Virus record (IMG/VR): IMGVR_UViG_3300030376_004320
Coordinates: 1-40,563 of that record
Origin: a virus
Taxonomy: Duplodnaviria; Caudoviricetes
Strand: one strand, 5' to 3'
Length of the DNA: 40,563 nt
The stretch's first letter is position 1; every line of letters starts with the position of its first letter. The notes under the pieces were generated by a model that searched no databases, had not been told where the DNA came from, and saw nothing but the letters and a program-made list of their open reading frames with translations. The translations under genes were made by a program, and so were the position numbers. Below, piece by piece: positions 10,180-19,029 of the stretch.

Positions 10180-10659
10180 TTATACCTCCAATGCTCGTCT
10201 AAACCATCCCATCCAAAACTTCTCTTGGTTTGGTTTGTCGATAACTATGTTTGCGAATCTTAAAACTCTGTATGCTCTTACTCTATCTAATGAGATGTTT
10301 TGTATAGCATTTAATGTAGCTGGTCCTAAACCACCATCTACTTCAATCTTGTTTCTGTTTTTAGAATTAGCAGCTTCTTGTAAAACCTTTACAGCACCTC
10401 TTCTACCAAAATTAACACACATATCAAAGTATATATGTCTTAATTGAGAAGGAAGTTCATCACACTTACCTCGTCTCCAATAGTCTGTGTGATATATTTT
10501 TTTAGCTTGTTCTTTGGTAAGATTTTTAATGTCCACAGATGGATACCATCTTTTAGCGATACCATATTTGGTTTCACCACCAGCATCATCTGGATCATTT
10601 ACATAACCACCTTCGTGTTCTAAAACCACTTCAATTATTTCTTCAAATGTTGTTTTCAT
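10180..10659 (-). CDS. Glycoside hydrolase family 108 lysozyme (endolysin) with peptidoglycan-binding C-terminus
   Basis: HEGGYVNDPDDAGGETKYGI catalytic motif; FDMCVNFG; VDGGLGPATL; FWMGWFRR. Confidence 0.9.
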   Translation of the reverse strand: MKTTFEEIIEVVLEHEGGYVNDPDDAGGETKYGIAKRWYPSVDIKNLTKEQAKKIYHTDYWRRGKCDELPSQLRHIYFDMCVNFGRRGAVKVLQEAANSKNRNKIEVDGGLGPATLNAIQNISLDRVRAYRVLRFANIVIDKPNQEKFWMGWFRRALEV

Positions 10660-10670
10660 TTTAACATCTC

Positions 10671-10683
10671 CATATATAAATAT
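10671..10683 (-). promoter_or_regulatory. Putative late promoter ATATTTATATATG abutting a GGAG SD
   Basis: Recurrent motif. Confidence 0.65.
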
Positions 10684-10693
10684 ATATAAAATA

Positions 10694-10726
10694 AAAAAAC
10701 CCTCGATTTTTATTCAAGGGTTTTTT
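10694..10726 (-). terminator. Rho-independent terminator after tail tube gene
   Basis: aaaaaaccct...agggtttttt inverted repeat with T-tract. Confidence 0.75.
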
Positions 10727-10752
10727 CCATTATAATTTATGTTGTTACTTTA

Positions 10753-11247
10753 TTAGAATTTAAGAACAGCGTAATCATATCTTAATGTAAGAGTAATATC
10801 AACTGGTTCACTAGCAGTAAAGTCTAATTCACCAAAATTAGCAGTTGCAATATAAGCACCAACTAATTCCCATTCTTCAACTATATCACCTACAGGACCA
10901 ACTAAGTTGAATGTGATATTTTTCTTATAAAAGTCAGAATATCCATCTCTACCAGTTACTGATTCGTGGTGTAATCTAACCCACTCAATTACTTGTTGTG
11001 CTCCTGATGGAACGATTGGGTCGTATAGTGTAATGTCAATTGTAGACCACTTTGATTTTCCTTTAACATATCTTGTTACATTCATATGGTCTAATGCTAC
11101 TTCCTCAGACTCTAATGTTGGACGAGCCATTGTTTTAACTAAGTATGCATTTATTCCATCTATGTTCATTATAAACCTATTTTTCATTTTAGGTTCAAAA
11201 TTAGTGAACATAATATCTTGTGGTTCTAATAATTCTCCTACAGCCAT
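10753..11247 (-). CDS. gp19: Tail tube protein (gp19-like)
   Basis: FEPKMKNRF...KGKSKWSTIDITLYDP...VEEWELVGAY...ITLTLRYD; directly after sheath. Confidence 0.9.
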   Translation of the reverse strand: MAVGELLEPQDIMFTNFEPKMKNRFIMNIDGINAYLVKTMARPTLESEEVALDHMNVTRYVKGKSKWSTIDITLYDPIVPSGAQQVIEWVRLHHESVTGRDGYSDFYKKNITFNLVGPVGDIVEEWELVGAYIATANFGELDFTASEPVDITLTLRYDYAVLKF

Positions 11248-11287
11248 TTAATTTCTCCTAATATGTAAATTGTTACATTTAATTCTT

Positions 11288-11300
11288 CATATATAAATAT
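11288..11300 (-). promoter_or_regulatory. Putative late promoter ATATTTATATATG
   Basis: Recurrent motif just downstream of the terminator, upstream of tube gene. Confidence 0.65.
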
Positions 11301-11314
11301 CTAAATTTATAAAA

Positions 11315-11346
11315 AAAAGGGATTTATATTTAAATAAATCCCTTTT
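11315..11346 (-). terminator. Rho-independent terminator after sheath gene
   Basis: aaaagggatttat...ataaatccctttt inverted repeat with T-run on minus strand. Confidence 0.75.
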
Positions 11347-11368
11347 CTTTAGTTATTTTGACTAACTA

Positions 11369-13639
11369 TTACTCTGGAAAAGCAGCACCTGTAGGTTGAA
11401 CAACAAAGTCTAATACGATAAACTCAGCAGTTCTTGTTGGTTGTAAGAATAATTGTCCAACTAATTGATTTCTATCAATTGTATCTGGTGTATTATTCGT
11501 TCCGTCCATTATCACTCTAAATGCATTTAATCCACTTTGAGATTGTACTGTGTCTAAGAAAGGATTCACAATATTCAAGAATCTTTGTCTTGTAGCCGCT
11601 GTATTTTGTTCAAATACAAGGAATCTTGAAGAACTTGCGATAAACTTCTTAACTCTGATTAATAGTCGTCTTACATTGATTCTATCCAATGCTGATGATT
11701 TTTTCTGTAATGTTTTTTGTCCAAATACAGTCACCCCTTGTCCAGGGAATGTAGCAATTGGATTAACATTTGAATCATACAATGTATCTCTTTCACCTTG
11801 AGTCAGTTTTCTTTGAGCTTGTATTGCTGTTGTGATTCCACCACGATTCAATCCAGCAGGAGCGAACCACGGGTGAGCTACTTTATCATTGAATGCATAG
11901 ATTCCACCTAATACAACTGATGGTGGCACCCATCTTTGAGTTCCAGCAACTTGTGAATCAGGTACTTTAACCCACGGGTAATACATAGCTGCAAAGTTTG
12001 AATCAACTTTATCAGCCTCTGTTACAGCATCGCCTGGATTTTTAGCATAAGCTACAGGATCGATAATTGTAAAACAATCACCTCTATCTTCACAAACATC
12101 AATAGCTTTATTTGTAATAGCACTATGTAGATTATGAACCAAACCAGGTAACAAGATTAGATTAACATCAAATTCATCTTGATTAGCAAGTAAGTCAAGA
12201 GCTTCAGAATATCCTGCTCCACCATCTAATGCTGTCGTATCAGTTGGTTTAAACCCTTGAGTTTGTTCTGCTATATTTTCATAGAAATTAACAGACTCAG
12301 TCTTAATAGTTCCATTTTGATTACCTAAAGCATCAAATCCATTAAATCCATCTAAACCACTAGCAAATCCACCATTTGATGAACCACTACCAGCTTGTGG
12401 TAATGATGCGGATAATACATCACTTCTAATAGTTCCATTTTCATCTAAATAATCTACTGTATTATTAATAGATTCAACAGTTATGAATCTTGATTTGTTT
12501 GGATATGAACCACTTAATTCAAGATATTTTGTAGTTCCATCGTCTCTAACAGTTTGTCTTTGGTCACCAATTGCTTTAGCAACATAATTTGGTGAGTTAG
12601 GGTCGAGATTTACACCAGTATATGACTCAAGAATTTGTTTTCTTTTGTGATTATCATTACCAGCTCTAACTGATACAGTAAATGTTCCTTTTGTATTATT
12701 TACATTACTGATTTCATATCTAATGTTGTGTTTTGAACCACTAACTAATATATTGTTTTTTCTAGCAGTTGTGTCAGCATTATTCATTATTGTTCCATCA
12801 GCAATTGTTTTTAGTTTGAATGATGTAGCATTTGTAGTAGAATTTGTTCCACCAGTCATATTAAATCCTAATGCAAGATTTGCAGTAGTAAAATCTGCTT
12901 TTATTGGAGTTACATAATTAGGTGTTGTTGCAATATTATCTGCACCTGAACCAGTAGTTACTGTTAGATTTCCTGCAGTTCCTGCACTTGAAGCAGATAT
13001 TACCAATATAGCATTTTTAAATCCATCAGCTCCTCTAGTTCCTCTAGAAGCTGAAACTGCTAAATCACCAGCAATAGTAGCTGCATTAATACCTTCAACT
13101 AAATTAGCGATAGCTGATGCTGTATGGTGTCCTTCCACCTGTCCACTACCAAAATCAACAAATTTTTGTGTTGATGAATTGTCTAGTCCAGCAGATGATG
13201 ATACAAATACAAATGAAACACTACCAATTCTAAACTCATCTTGTCCACCAGCTGATAAAGAACCAGTAGGGTTTGCAGTGAATCTATAAGATTGTGATGC
13301 AAATGTTGCTCCAGTTGTGTCTCCCACACTAGCTACATCTGCTTCAGCTGGTCCAAATGTTCCATCCATAACCCTAACTACTGTTAAAGTATCTGAATTT
13401 TTTAAATATTCTTCAGCTGCATGTGATGTCAAAAACTGAAATGAATTTGAACCACTTTTTACAACATCTCCAAATTTTGCTTGAAAATCTGAATATGATG
13501 TTACAACGGTTGGGATTCCTGCAGGACCTTTAAGGGTTGGTCCAACGAGAGCAGCTCCTATATCAGCGACAGCAGAAGGTAAGAAAGTCTGGTCTATTTC
13601 ATTCGTAAATACACCGGGACTTATAATTTTTTCGGCCAT
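11369..13639 (-). CDS. gp18: Tail sheath protein (gp18-like)
   Basis: ISPGVFTNEID N-terminus; YYPW, WFAPAGLNRG, VFGQKT, RINVRRL, PTRTAEFI motifs. Confidence 0.95.
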   Translation of the reverse strand: MAEKIISPGVFTNEIDQTFLPSAVADIGAALVGPTLKGPAGIPTVVTSYSDFQAKFGDVVKSGSNSFQFLTSHAAEEYLKNSDTLTVVRVMDGTFGPAEADVASVGDTTGATFASQSYRFTANPTGSLSAGGQDEFRIGSVSFVFVSSSAGLDNSSTQKFVDFGSGQVEGHHTASAIANLVEGINAATIAGDLAVSASRGTRGADGFKNAILVISASSAGTAGNLTVTTGSGADNIATTPNYVTPIKADFTTANLALGFNMTGGTNSTTNATSFKLKTIADGTIMNNADTTARKNNILVSGSKHNIRYEISNVNNTKGTFTVSVRAGNDNHKRKQILESYTGVNLDPNSPNYVAKAIGDQRQTVRDDGTTKYLELSGSYPNKSRFITVESINNTVDYLDENGTIRSDVLSASLPQAGSGSSNGGFASGLDGFNGFDALGNQNGTIKTESVNFYENIAEQTQGFKPTDTTALDGGAGYSEALDLLANQDEFDVNLILLPGLVHNLHSAITNKAIDVCEDRGDCFTIIDPVAYAKNPGDAVTEADKVDSNFAAMYYPWVKVPDSQVAGTQRWVPPSVVLGGIYAFNDKVAHPWFAPAGLNRGGITTAIQAQRKLTQGERDTLYDSNVNPIATFPGQGVTVFGQKTLQKKSSALDRINVRRLLIRVKKFIASSSRFLVFEQNTAATRQRFLNIVNPFLDTVQSQSGLNAFRVIMDGTNNTPDTIDRNQLVGQLFLQPTRTAEFIVLDFVVQPTGAAFPE

Positions 13640-13706
13640 TGAATTTCTCCTAAGTTAACTTTTTAATTTTTGAGGTAAACATACTATTTTGCGCATTAGT
13701 ATTATT

Positions 13707-13719
13707 CATATATAAATAT
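13707..13719 (-). promoter_or_regulatory. Putative late promoter ATATTTATATATG
   Basis: Recurrent motif upstream of sheath. Confidence 0.65.
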
Positions 13720-13753
13720 ATGATTAAATTGTCAAACAATGATTTTTTTTCTA

Positions 13754-14026
13754 TTATTCTGATTTATTTGGTGTAAATACACCTGTTTCGGGATTTAAAG
13801 AACCTTGTCCATATTTTTTTGTAATTCCATCAAGAAATTTCTTTTCATCATCTTGAATTTGTTTCAAAGACTCTTCTAATTGAATTTCTTGTTCATCTAA
13901 TCTAATTTGACTCAGTTTTAATTGTCCGAATTGATTTTGAATATTTACATAAGTTTTTTGTATATCTTGAACATTTTTTAGTTCTTCTTCTGTGAATTTT
14001 ACTTCTTCTGGCATTATAACCTCCAT
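13754..14026 (-). CDS. Small coiled-coil hypothetical protein (start probably the second Met, MPEEVKF)
   Basis: Coiled-coil pattern ending KYGQGSLNPETGVFTP; GGAGG SD before the second ATG. Confidence 0.7.
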   Translation of the reverse strand: MEVIMPEEVKFTEEELKNVQDIQKTYVNIQNQFGQLKLSQIRLDEQEIQLEESLKQIQDDEKKFLDGITKKYGQGSLNPETGVFTPNKSE

Positions 14027-14045
14027 TTGTGAATTATTTACTATC

Positions 14046-14058
14046 TATATATAAGTAT
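14046..14058 (-). promoter_or_regulatory. Putative late promoter variant ATACTTATATATA
   Basis: Variant of the recurrent motif in an intergenic gap. Confidence 0.5.
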
Positions 14059-14082
14059 ATATAAATTCTTAAAACAAGTAAT

Positions 14083-14946
14083 TTATTTTCCTACTTGTTC
14101 GTCTGTTGCATCACCTTCCATACCAAAACTAACTTTTGACACTGTTGTGAATTTTTTCATATTGGATACTTTGTTTGTAATTACCGAATTTAAGTATTCT
14201 GGTAGTAAATAAGCTTTTGTGGTAACACTAAATGTAGATTTAATAAATCTTTCCCCATCTTGATTCATCTCTGAAGCATCTGAAATATTATCAATTGTGC
14301 ACATAAATTTATTATCTGTCCCATCACCCCAATATGTATGTGATTGGTCTACAAAAGACTCCACTAATGGATTCATTTGTTCAATAAAGTTTGTCCATAA
14401 TACAAATTCATATGTTACATCTGAATAGTTAGGCATTCCAGTTACAACATTTTCATATACAGGTTGAACTCCTCGTTGAACTGAAAATCTATCGTATTGA
14501 TTATCTTTACTCCATCTTGAGTTTCTAACCACATCAACATATTTTCGTTGAATATCATGTGGAAAGGATTGTCCTGAAAAATCATTTCTTGAAACCTCTG
14601 TTCTTCTTAACATAATTAATGGTAAAATTAATGAATTGTTTTTATCTCTTAAAACACCTCGACTTCTAACAGCCTTCCATCTTTCTTCATTACCATAATA
14701 AACAGGTATTTTAAAAGTTTCATTAGCTTCTCTAACTCTTGGTTTCATCACATTCTTGACATGATTCAAAACTGCAGTATCAACATCTTTTAAAGTGATG
14801 GAATAATTATCTGCAAAATTATTACCAGGTATAATAGTTGTTTCTCTATTACCACGAATTGTAGTTCCTTTAGTAGATACCTCATTAGCTCTATTAACTA
14901 ACTCTTTATTCACCACACCTTTGTTTGTAATCTTATTTACTGCCAT
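14083..14946 (-). CDS. Tail terminator/sheath stabiliser (gp15-like)
   Basis: KIPVYYGNEERW...LPLIMLRR...VTYEFVLWTNFIEQMNPLVE pattern; between neck and sheath genes. Confidence 0.7.
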   Translation of the reverse strand: MAVNKITNKGVVNKELVNRANEVSTKGTTIRGNRETTIIPGNNFADNYSITLKDVDTAVLNHVKNVMKPRVREANETFKIPVYYGNEERWKAVRSRGVLRDKNNSLILPLIMLRRTEVSRNDFSGQSFPHDIQRKYVDVVRNSRWSKDNQYDRFSVQRGVQPVYENVVTGMPNYSDVTYEFVLWTNFIEQMNPLVESFVDQSHTYWGDGTDNKFMCTIDNISDASEMNQDGERFIKSTFSVTTKAYLLPEYLNSVITNKVSNMKKFTTVSKVSFGMEGDATDEQVGK

Positions 14947-15319
14947 TTCGTCTTCTCAGTTTTTTAAGTTTATCAAGTTTATTGTTTACTTTGCCTTTTA
15001 CTTCTTCTGATTTAATACTACTCATATCAGCTTTACCAATTGCAATCTCTTTTTTAATATCTACTTCAATGGCTTTGACACCTGTTTGACTTGGTGTATC
15101 AAAGTTGTCCAATTTATTCATCAACTTACCCATCATTTGTTCCATTTGTAAATTACCATTTGGTTCAGGTGTATAGGTGTGTTTTCTTTCACCATATACA
15201 TCTTCATCATCTTGAACATTACCACTAACCTCTTTTTTTGGTTGAGGTTTTTCTTGGTAATTAGGATTAGAAGTATCAAACTTCGTAATTTTTTTTCCTA
15301 TGATTTGTTGAACAGCCAT
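14933..15319 (-). CDS. Hypothetical soluble protein; C-terminus paralogous to the actin-adjacent membrane protein (25006-25317)
   Basis: IEVDIK...KADMSSIK...VKGKVNNKLDKLKKLR matches IEVDIK...KSDESSVK...IKGKVKTQKDKLKKLR. Confidence 0.7.
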   Translation of the reverse strand: MAVQQIIGKKITKFDTSNPNYQEKPQPKKEVSGNVQDDEDVYGERKHTYTPEPNGNLQMEQMMGKLMNKLDNFDTPSQTGVKAIEVDIKKEIAIGKADMSSIKSEEVKGKVNNKLDKLKKLRRRNGSK

Positions 15320-15321
15320 TA

Positions 15322-16554
15322 TTAATATCCTTTAATTTCTTCCCAAGTTGGTAAAGCTACACCAGCGGGTGAATCTGTAGTTAATCTTCCATCATTACCA
15401 GTTCCTGATAAATCTTCAACCGTAGTTCCACTACCTTCATTCATTTTCCAATATCCTACAAGTCCACTTTTACCATTAGTTAAATGGTTATAATTAATTC
15501 CACCATTATATACTTCGTTGGCAAAAGTTCCAACTGAATCAATGCATGTATTGTAAATAGCCACTTCATCAAGAGCACATGCAAATCCACTACTATATCC
15601 TGAACCTTCAGTATTACGACCTCCAAAATATATTCCGTGAGTATAACTTTCAGTAGCTTCATCTTGATTGCCCCAAGAAGTGCTGTTGTTATTACTCATT
15701 CTTTCATCTGTATTTATCCACAATCTAAGTTTTCTTTCTCCAGCACCAAACTGAGTACCTGTATATGATATTACCCAATTATACCAGTTACCTACTTCCA
15801 TTGGATTGTTAATTCCAGTAACATCATTACCACCAATACCTACCCCAATATTATTAACACCTGTACCTGAGAATCCAAAATGAAATCTTGCAACTGGACT
15901 ACTAGCTCTCGTACCTAATATAACTGATTTTTGATTCATTTCTTCATCTGGTCTAACCCAAAATGAAATAGTAAATCCATTCCAAAGTGAATAAGTATCA
16001 GGATTAAAAGTAGTTGATACAAATGTTTTTGTAGCTCCACTTCTATCACCCGAAAATGATAATGCATAATTTTTAGCGGGTGCATCTCCACCTCTTCCTT
16101 TTCTGTATCTAAGTCTATCTATTAAAAGATTATTTTCTTGAAATACTTTTTTAGCTAAACTTTCATTTATTTGAAATAAATAATTACTCTCTGGTATTTC
16201 TAACCAACTCATCCAATCTAATTTTACATTACCTTGTTTCTGTTTTGATACCTCTACTAATGTAGGAATTAAGTTTGTGCTATCCACAATATCCATTTTT
16301 TTAATTTTATCTTCATATAATTTTTTTGTATTAAATGCAGTCTGATTTGTCAACCATTGTGAATTTAATTCTTGTTTCAAGTTTTCAATAATTTTGTCTT
16401 TTTCTGCCAACTCATCTTGGTATTGAGATTTAAAAGATTTTATATCTCCCACAGGTTTAGAAATAAACATTTCATTTAATTTTTGTTTATCTTTTTCTTT
16501 TTTATCTGTGGATTTACCACCACCAAATCTCTCTTTTAATAAATCTAAACTCAC
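15322..16554 (-). CDS. Coiled-coil plus LamG/concanavalin-like domain virion protein
   Basis: YALSFSG, FTISFWVRP, GNWYNW, LDEVAIYN, GLVGYWKMNEGSGTTVEDLSG LamG motifs. Confidence 0.8.
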   Translation of the reverse strand: MSLDLLKERFGGGKSTDKKEKDKQKLNEMFISKPVGDIKSFKSQYQDELAEKDKIIENLKQELNSQWLTNQTAFNTKKLYEDKIKKMDIVDSTNLIPTLVEVSKQKQGNVKLDWMSWLEIPESNYLFQINESLAKKVFQENNLLIDRLRYRKGRGGDAPAKNYALSFSGDRSGATKTFVSTTFNPDTYSLWNGFTISFWVRPDEEMNQKSVILGTRASSPVARFHFGFSGTGVNNIGVGIGGNDVTGINNPMEVGNWYNWVISYTGTQFGAGERKLRLWINTDERMSNNNSTSWGNQDEATESYTHGIYFGGRNTEGSGYSSGFACALDEVAIYNTCIDSVGTFANEVYNGGINYNHLTNGKSGLVGYWKMNEGSGTTVEDLSGTGNDGRLTTDSPAGVALPTWEEIKGY

Positions 16555-17027
16555 TATCTTGGCCTCTCTTCTATTTGTAATGATGATAATCTTGAACGAT
16601 GTGCTGTCGCTACAATGTTGTGTTTAAAATTTGGATGTCCTGCAAATAATTGTGGTTCTGTTGTTCCATTGATTTCCCAATAATAATCATTCCAATCCAC
16701 AATATCACCAATCTCAGGATAAAAATTCAATGAACCACTTGCTAAATTTTCTCTTTGGAAAAACATTTCAATATTAGAATTAACATCAGCACCAAACTCA
16801 TCTTGTATTACTTCAGGTTCATTATAATTTATCAAACAATTAACTCTGAATCCTATATCATAATATTTAGCAGTTGATTCACCATATACATTGTCCTCTG
16901 TTCTTTCGACATTGACTTTGTAAATATCAACTGATTGTCCGACAATTTCGTCAATCAACTCTTCATTCATTTGATTAATTAAATCAAATTCTTTTTGTGG
17001 TATAAAAAATGGTTTTGTTTGTGACAT
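16554..17027 (-). CDS. Neck/head-closure protein (gp14-like)
   Basis: DNVYGES...YPEIGDIVDWNDYYWEI pattern; follows gp13-like gene. Confidence 0.7.
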   Translation of the reverse strand: MSQTKPFFIPQKEFDLINQMNEELIDEIVGQSVDIYKVNVERTEDNVYGESTAKYYDIGFRVNCLINYNEPEVIQDEFGADVNSNIEMFFQRENLASGSLNFYPEIGDIVDWNDYYWEINGTTEPQLFAGHPNFKHNIVATAHRSRLSSLQIEERPR

Positions 17028-17031
17028 TTAA

Positions 17032-18213
17032 TTATCCTATGTATATTTTTAATGGAGCTTTATTCAATACCTCTTGTTGAGCATTTGCAACATCTTGTTC
17101 AGTAGTTGCTTGCTCCTTTTTACTAACAGCTTCAAAAAACTCTTTTAATTCTTCTAAAGCATTCGCCTTCTCTTCCCTACCTTCAGCTTTTAATGCTTCA
17201 CCATCCATCGACACTTCACCATTTGGTAAAGGTAATGAAGCGTATTTACTTCTAATTATTCCTAATAATTCTTTAGCTAATGCTAATGTGTATTTTCTAA
17301 TCCAATTTCTACCCATTGAATTTATTTCTGTATAGGTTAAAAATTTATATGGAATGTTTGATGGGTCGGATACTCTATTTAAAGTTTCATTTTGTGTAAC
17401 ATCTATCCTATCATTTCGTTTGTAATAATGAAAATGTATTTTATTACCAGCGTCAGCATCTTCAGGTCTTGGAAAAATTCTTATTTTGTTATTTATCAAT
17501 TCAAATGAATATGCAGACTTTCTAACCAAATCATTTGTCTCAATCGCATTTGCTCTAGCCAAATCATATGATACTGGTCTTAAAATATATGATACCGCAG
17601 GTGATACATTACCAAATCCAAACGCATCTAACATCTCTATATTATCATAAGTTCCAGCAAATGGGTCATAGAATTTAGATATAGCAGCTGGTCCGTGATT
17701 AAATACTCGTTGAACTTCTAACTTATCAACACTCGAAACACTTGACTCTAAACTTGACTCAGTCGGTAAATCATAAACTTGTTTAGAACCAGTCAAAGTA
17801 ATTGAACCTGTAAACATAGTAGCATTACCACCAACATTTGCAAATTGTCCATATTGTTCTGATAAAGTAAATGATAATCCACCAACTGATGTTTCTGCTT
17901 GATGTGAACCTGTTGAACTAAAATTTGAACCAGTAGAAGTGTTTCCATAATGTTCCCACATCCAATTCTTTGTATTGTAATGATTTATTTGTTGTGAGTA
18001 TTCCGATACTGCCTCTTCAAAACAAGCATACATTGAACCACTATTAAATTCAAGTTGCATAACAGGATGTCCAAGTTTTCTAGCTACATATTTACAAACC
18101 GTTAAACTATCGGTTTGAAATTCCGAATCTGTATCATAGATTCCATGTGGTGTTGAACCAGTGACTTGATTAGGATCTGTTGGATCTTGATATAAAAAAC
18201 TAAATTTTGACAT
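17032..18213 (-). CDS. Neck/head-tail adaptor protein (gp13-like)
   Basis: RKLGHPVMQLE N-terminal and WIRKYTLALAKELLGIIRSKY...LPNGEVSMDG C-terminal motifs. Confidence 0.85.
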   Translation of the reverse strand: MSKFSFLYQDPTDPNQVTGSTPHGIYDTDSEFQTDSLTVCKYVARKLGHPVMQLEFNSGSMYACFEEAVSEYSQQINHYNTKNWMWEHYGNTSTGSNFSSTGSHQAETSVGGLSFTLSEQYGQFANVGGNATMFTGSITLTGSKQVYDLPTESSLESSVSSVDKLEVQRVFNHGPAAISKFYDPFAGTYDNIEMLDAFGFGNVSPAVSYILRPVSYDLARANAIETNDLVRKSAYSFELINNKIRIFPRPEDADAGNKIHFHYYKRNDRIDVTQNETLNRVSDPSNIPYKFLTYTEINSMGRNWIRKYTLALAKELLGIIRSKYASLPLPNGEVSMDGEALKAEGREEKANALEELKEFFEAVSKKEQATTEQDVANAQQEVLNKAPLKIYIG

Positions 18214-18242
18214 TAATATTCTCCAAAATGGGTATTATTCTT

Positions 18243-18255
18243 CATATATAAATAT
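18243..18255 (-). promoter_or_regulatory. Putative late promoter ATATTTATATATG
   Basis: Recurrent motif upstream of neck operon. Confidence 0.65.
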
Positions 18256-18266
18256 CAAGAAAACAA

Positions 18267-18294
18267 AAAAGGGTGAGATATTTCCCACCCTTTT
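18267..18294 (-). terminator. Rho-independent terminator
   Basis: aaaagggtg...caccctttt inverted repeat. Confidence 0.7.
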
Positions 18295-18330
18295 AAGTTG
18301 TTTAATAACATTGTTTGATTTATTCTATTC

Positions 18331-18849
18331 TTATAAATCTCCAAATGCTACTGCAGTATCTGTTGACATAGCATATCCACTAACATGATAATTAGTTGTG
18401 GTTGTCGCTACAAATTTAAGACAGAAACTTTCAGGATTAACGATAGTTAATTTATCATCGTCTGAACCTGGAAAAGCGATTGTGTATCCTCCAGCACCTG
18501 TTTCATCAGTATCAAATTGTAAAACACCACCTGTAAATGTTAAACCATCTGCAGCTGGAGCTACAAAAAGTATATCATCAGCATCAGCCGCTCTACCACT
18601 CCAAGCTATTTCATATGTTTCACCCACAAATGATGCTACTGGTAATACATATTCATCATTTGATGTAGCTACTGAAGGTATTAAATTCAATCTACCTGAA
18701 TTTGCTGCTTTTGTTAATTCTACACTAGCTGCTGGTGTTAAAGTTACTGGAGGTATATTTATTCCACCACCTACTAAATCACCACCATCTATTAAAGAAA
18801 TTGCACTATCTCTTTTTGTTAATTTATATTTTCCTGCTCTTTTTGCCAT
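18331..18849 (-). CDS. Hypothetical virion protein (possible capsid decoration), monocistronic
   Basis: Beta-rich Ala/Gly/Thr composition; own late motif, AGGAG SD and terminator; directly after MCP. Confidence 0.55.
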   Translation of the reverse strand: MAKRAGKYKLTKRDSAISLIDGGDLVGGGINIPPVTLTPAASVELTKAANSGRLNLIPSVATSNDEYVLPVASFVGETYEIAWSGRAADADDILFVAPAADGLTFTGGVLQFDTDETGAGGYTIAFPGSDDDKLTIVNPESFCLKFVATTTTNYHVSGYAMSTDTAVAFGDL

Positions 18850-18952
18850 TTTTTATTCTCCTAATGTTGAGTCACTACTCTCAGGATTGTTAATTTTTTT
18901 ATACTGATTATGTTTAGTGACTACTTTAACCAGTAAATTATAAAATATAATT

Positions 18953-18965
18953 CATATATAAATAT
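18953..18965 (-). promoter_or_regulatory. Putative late promoter ATATTTATATATG
   Basis: Recurrent motif. Confidence 0.65.
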
Positions 18966-18975
18966 CATTCTAAAA

Positions 18976-19006
18976 GAAAAACCCCCTAAAAAATAGGGGG
19001 CTTTTC
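18976..19006 (-). terminator. Rho-independent terminator after major capsid gene
   Basis: gaaaaacccccta...tagggggcttttc hairpin with T-tract. Confidence 0.8.
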
Positions 19007-19029
19007 AACTAAGGTTATAAAGATTTAAC

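Noticed and set aside
18878-18884. CTGAGA on the minus strand resembling the TPP riboswitch motif
   Set aside because: Other TPP aptamer elements are absent and the downstream gene is not thiamine-related
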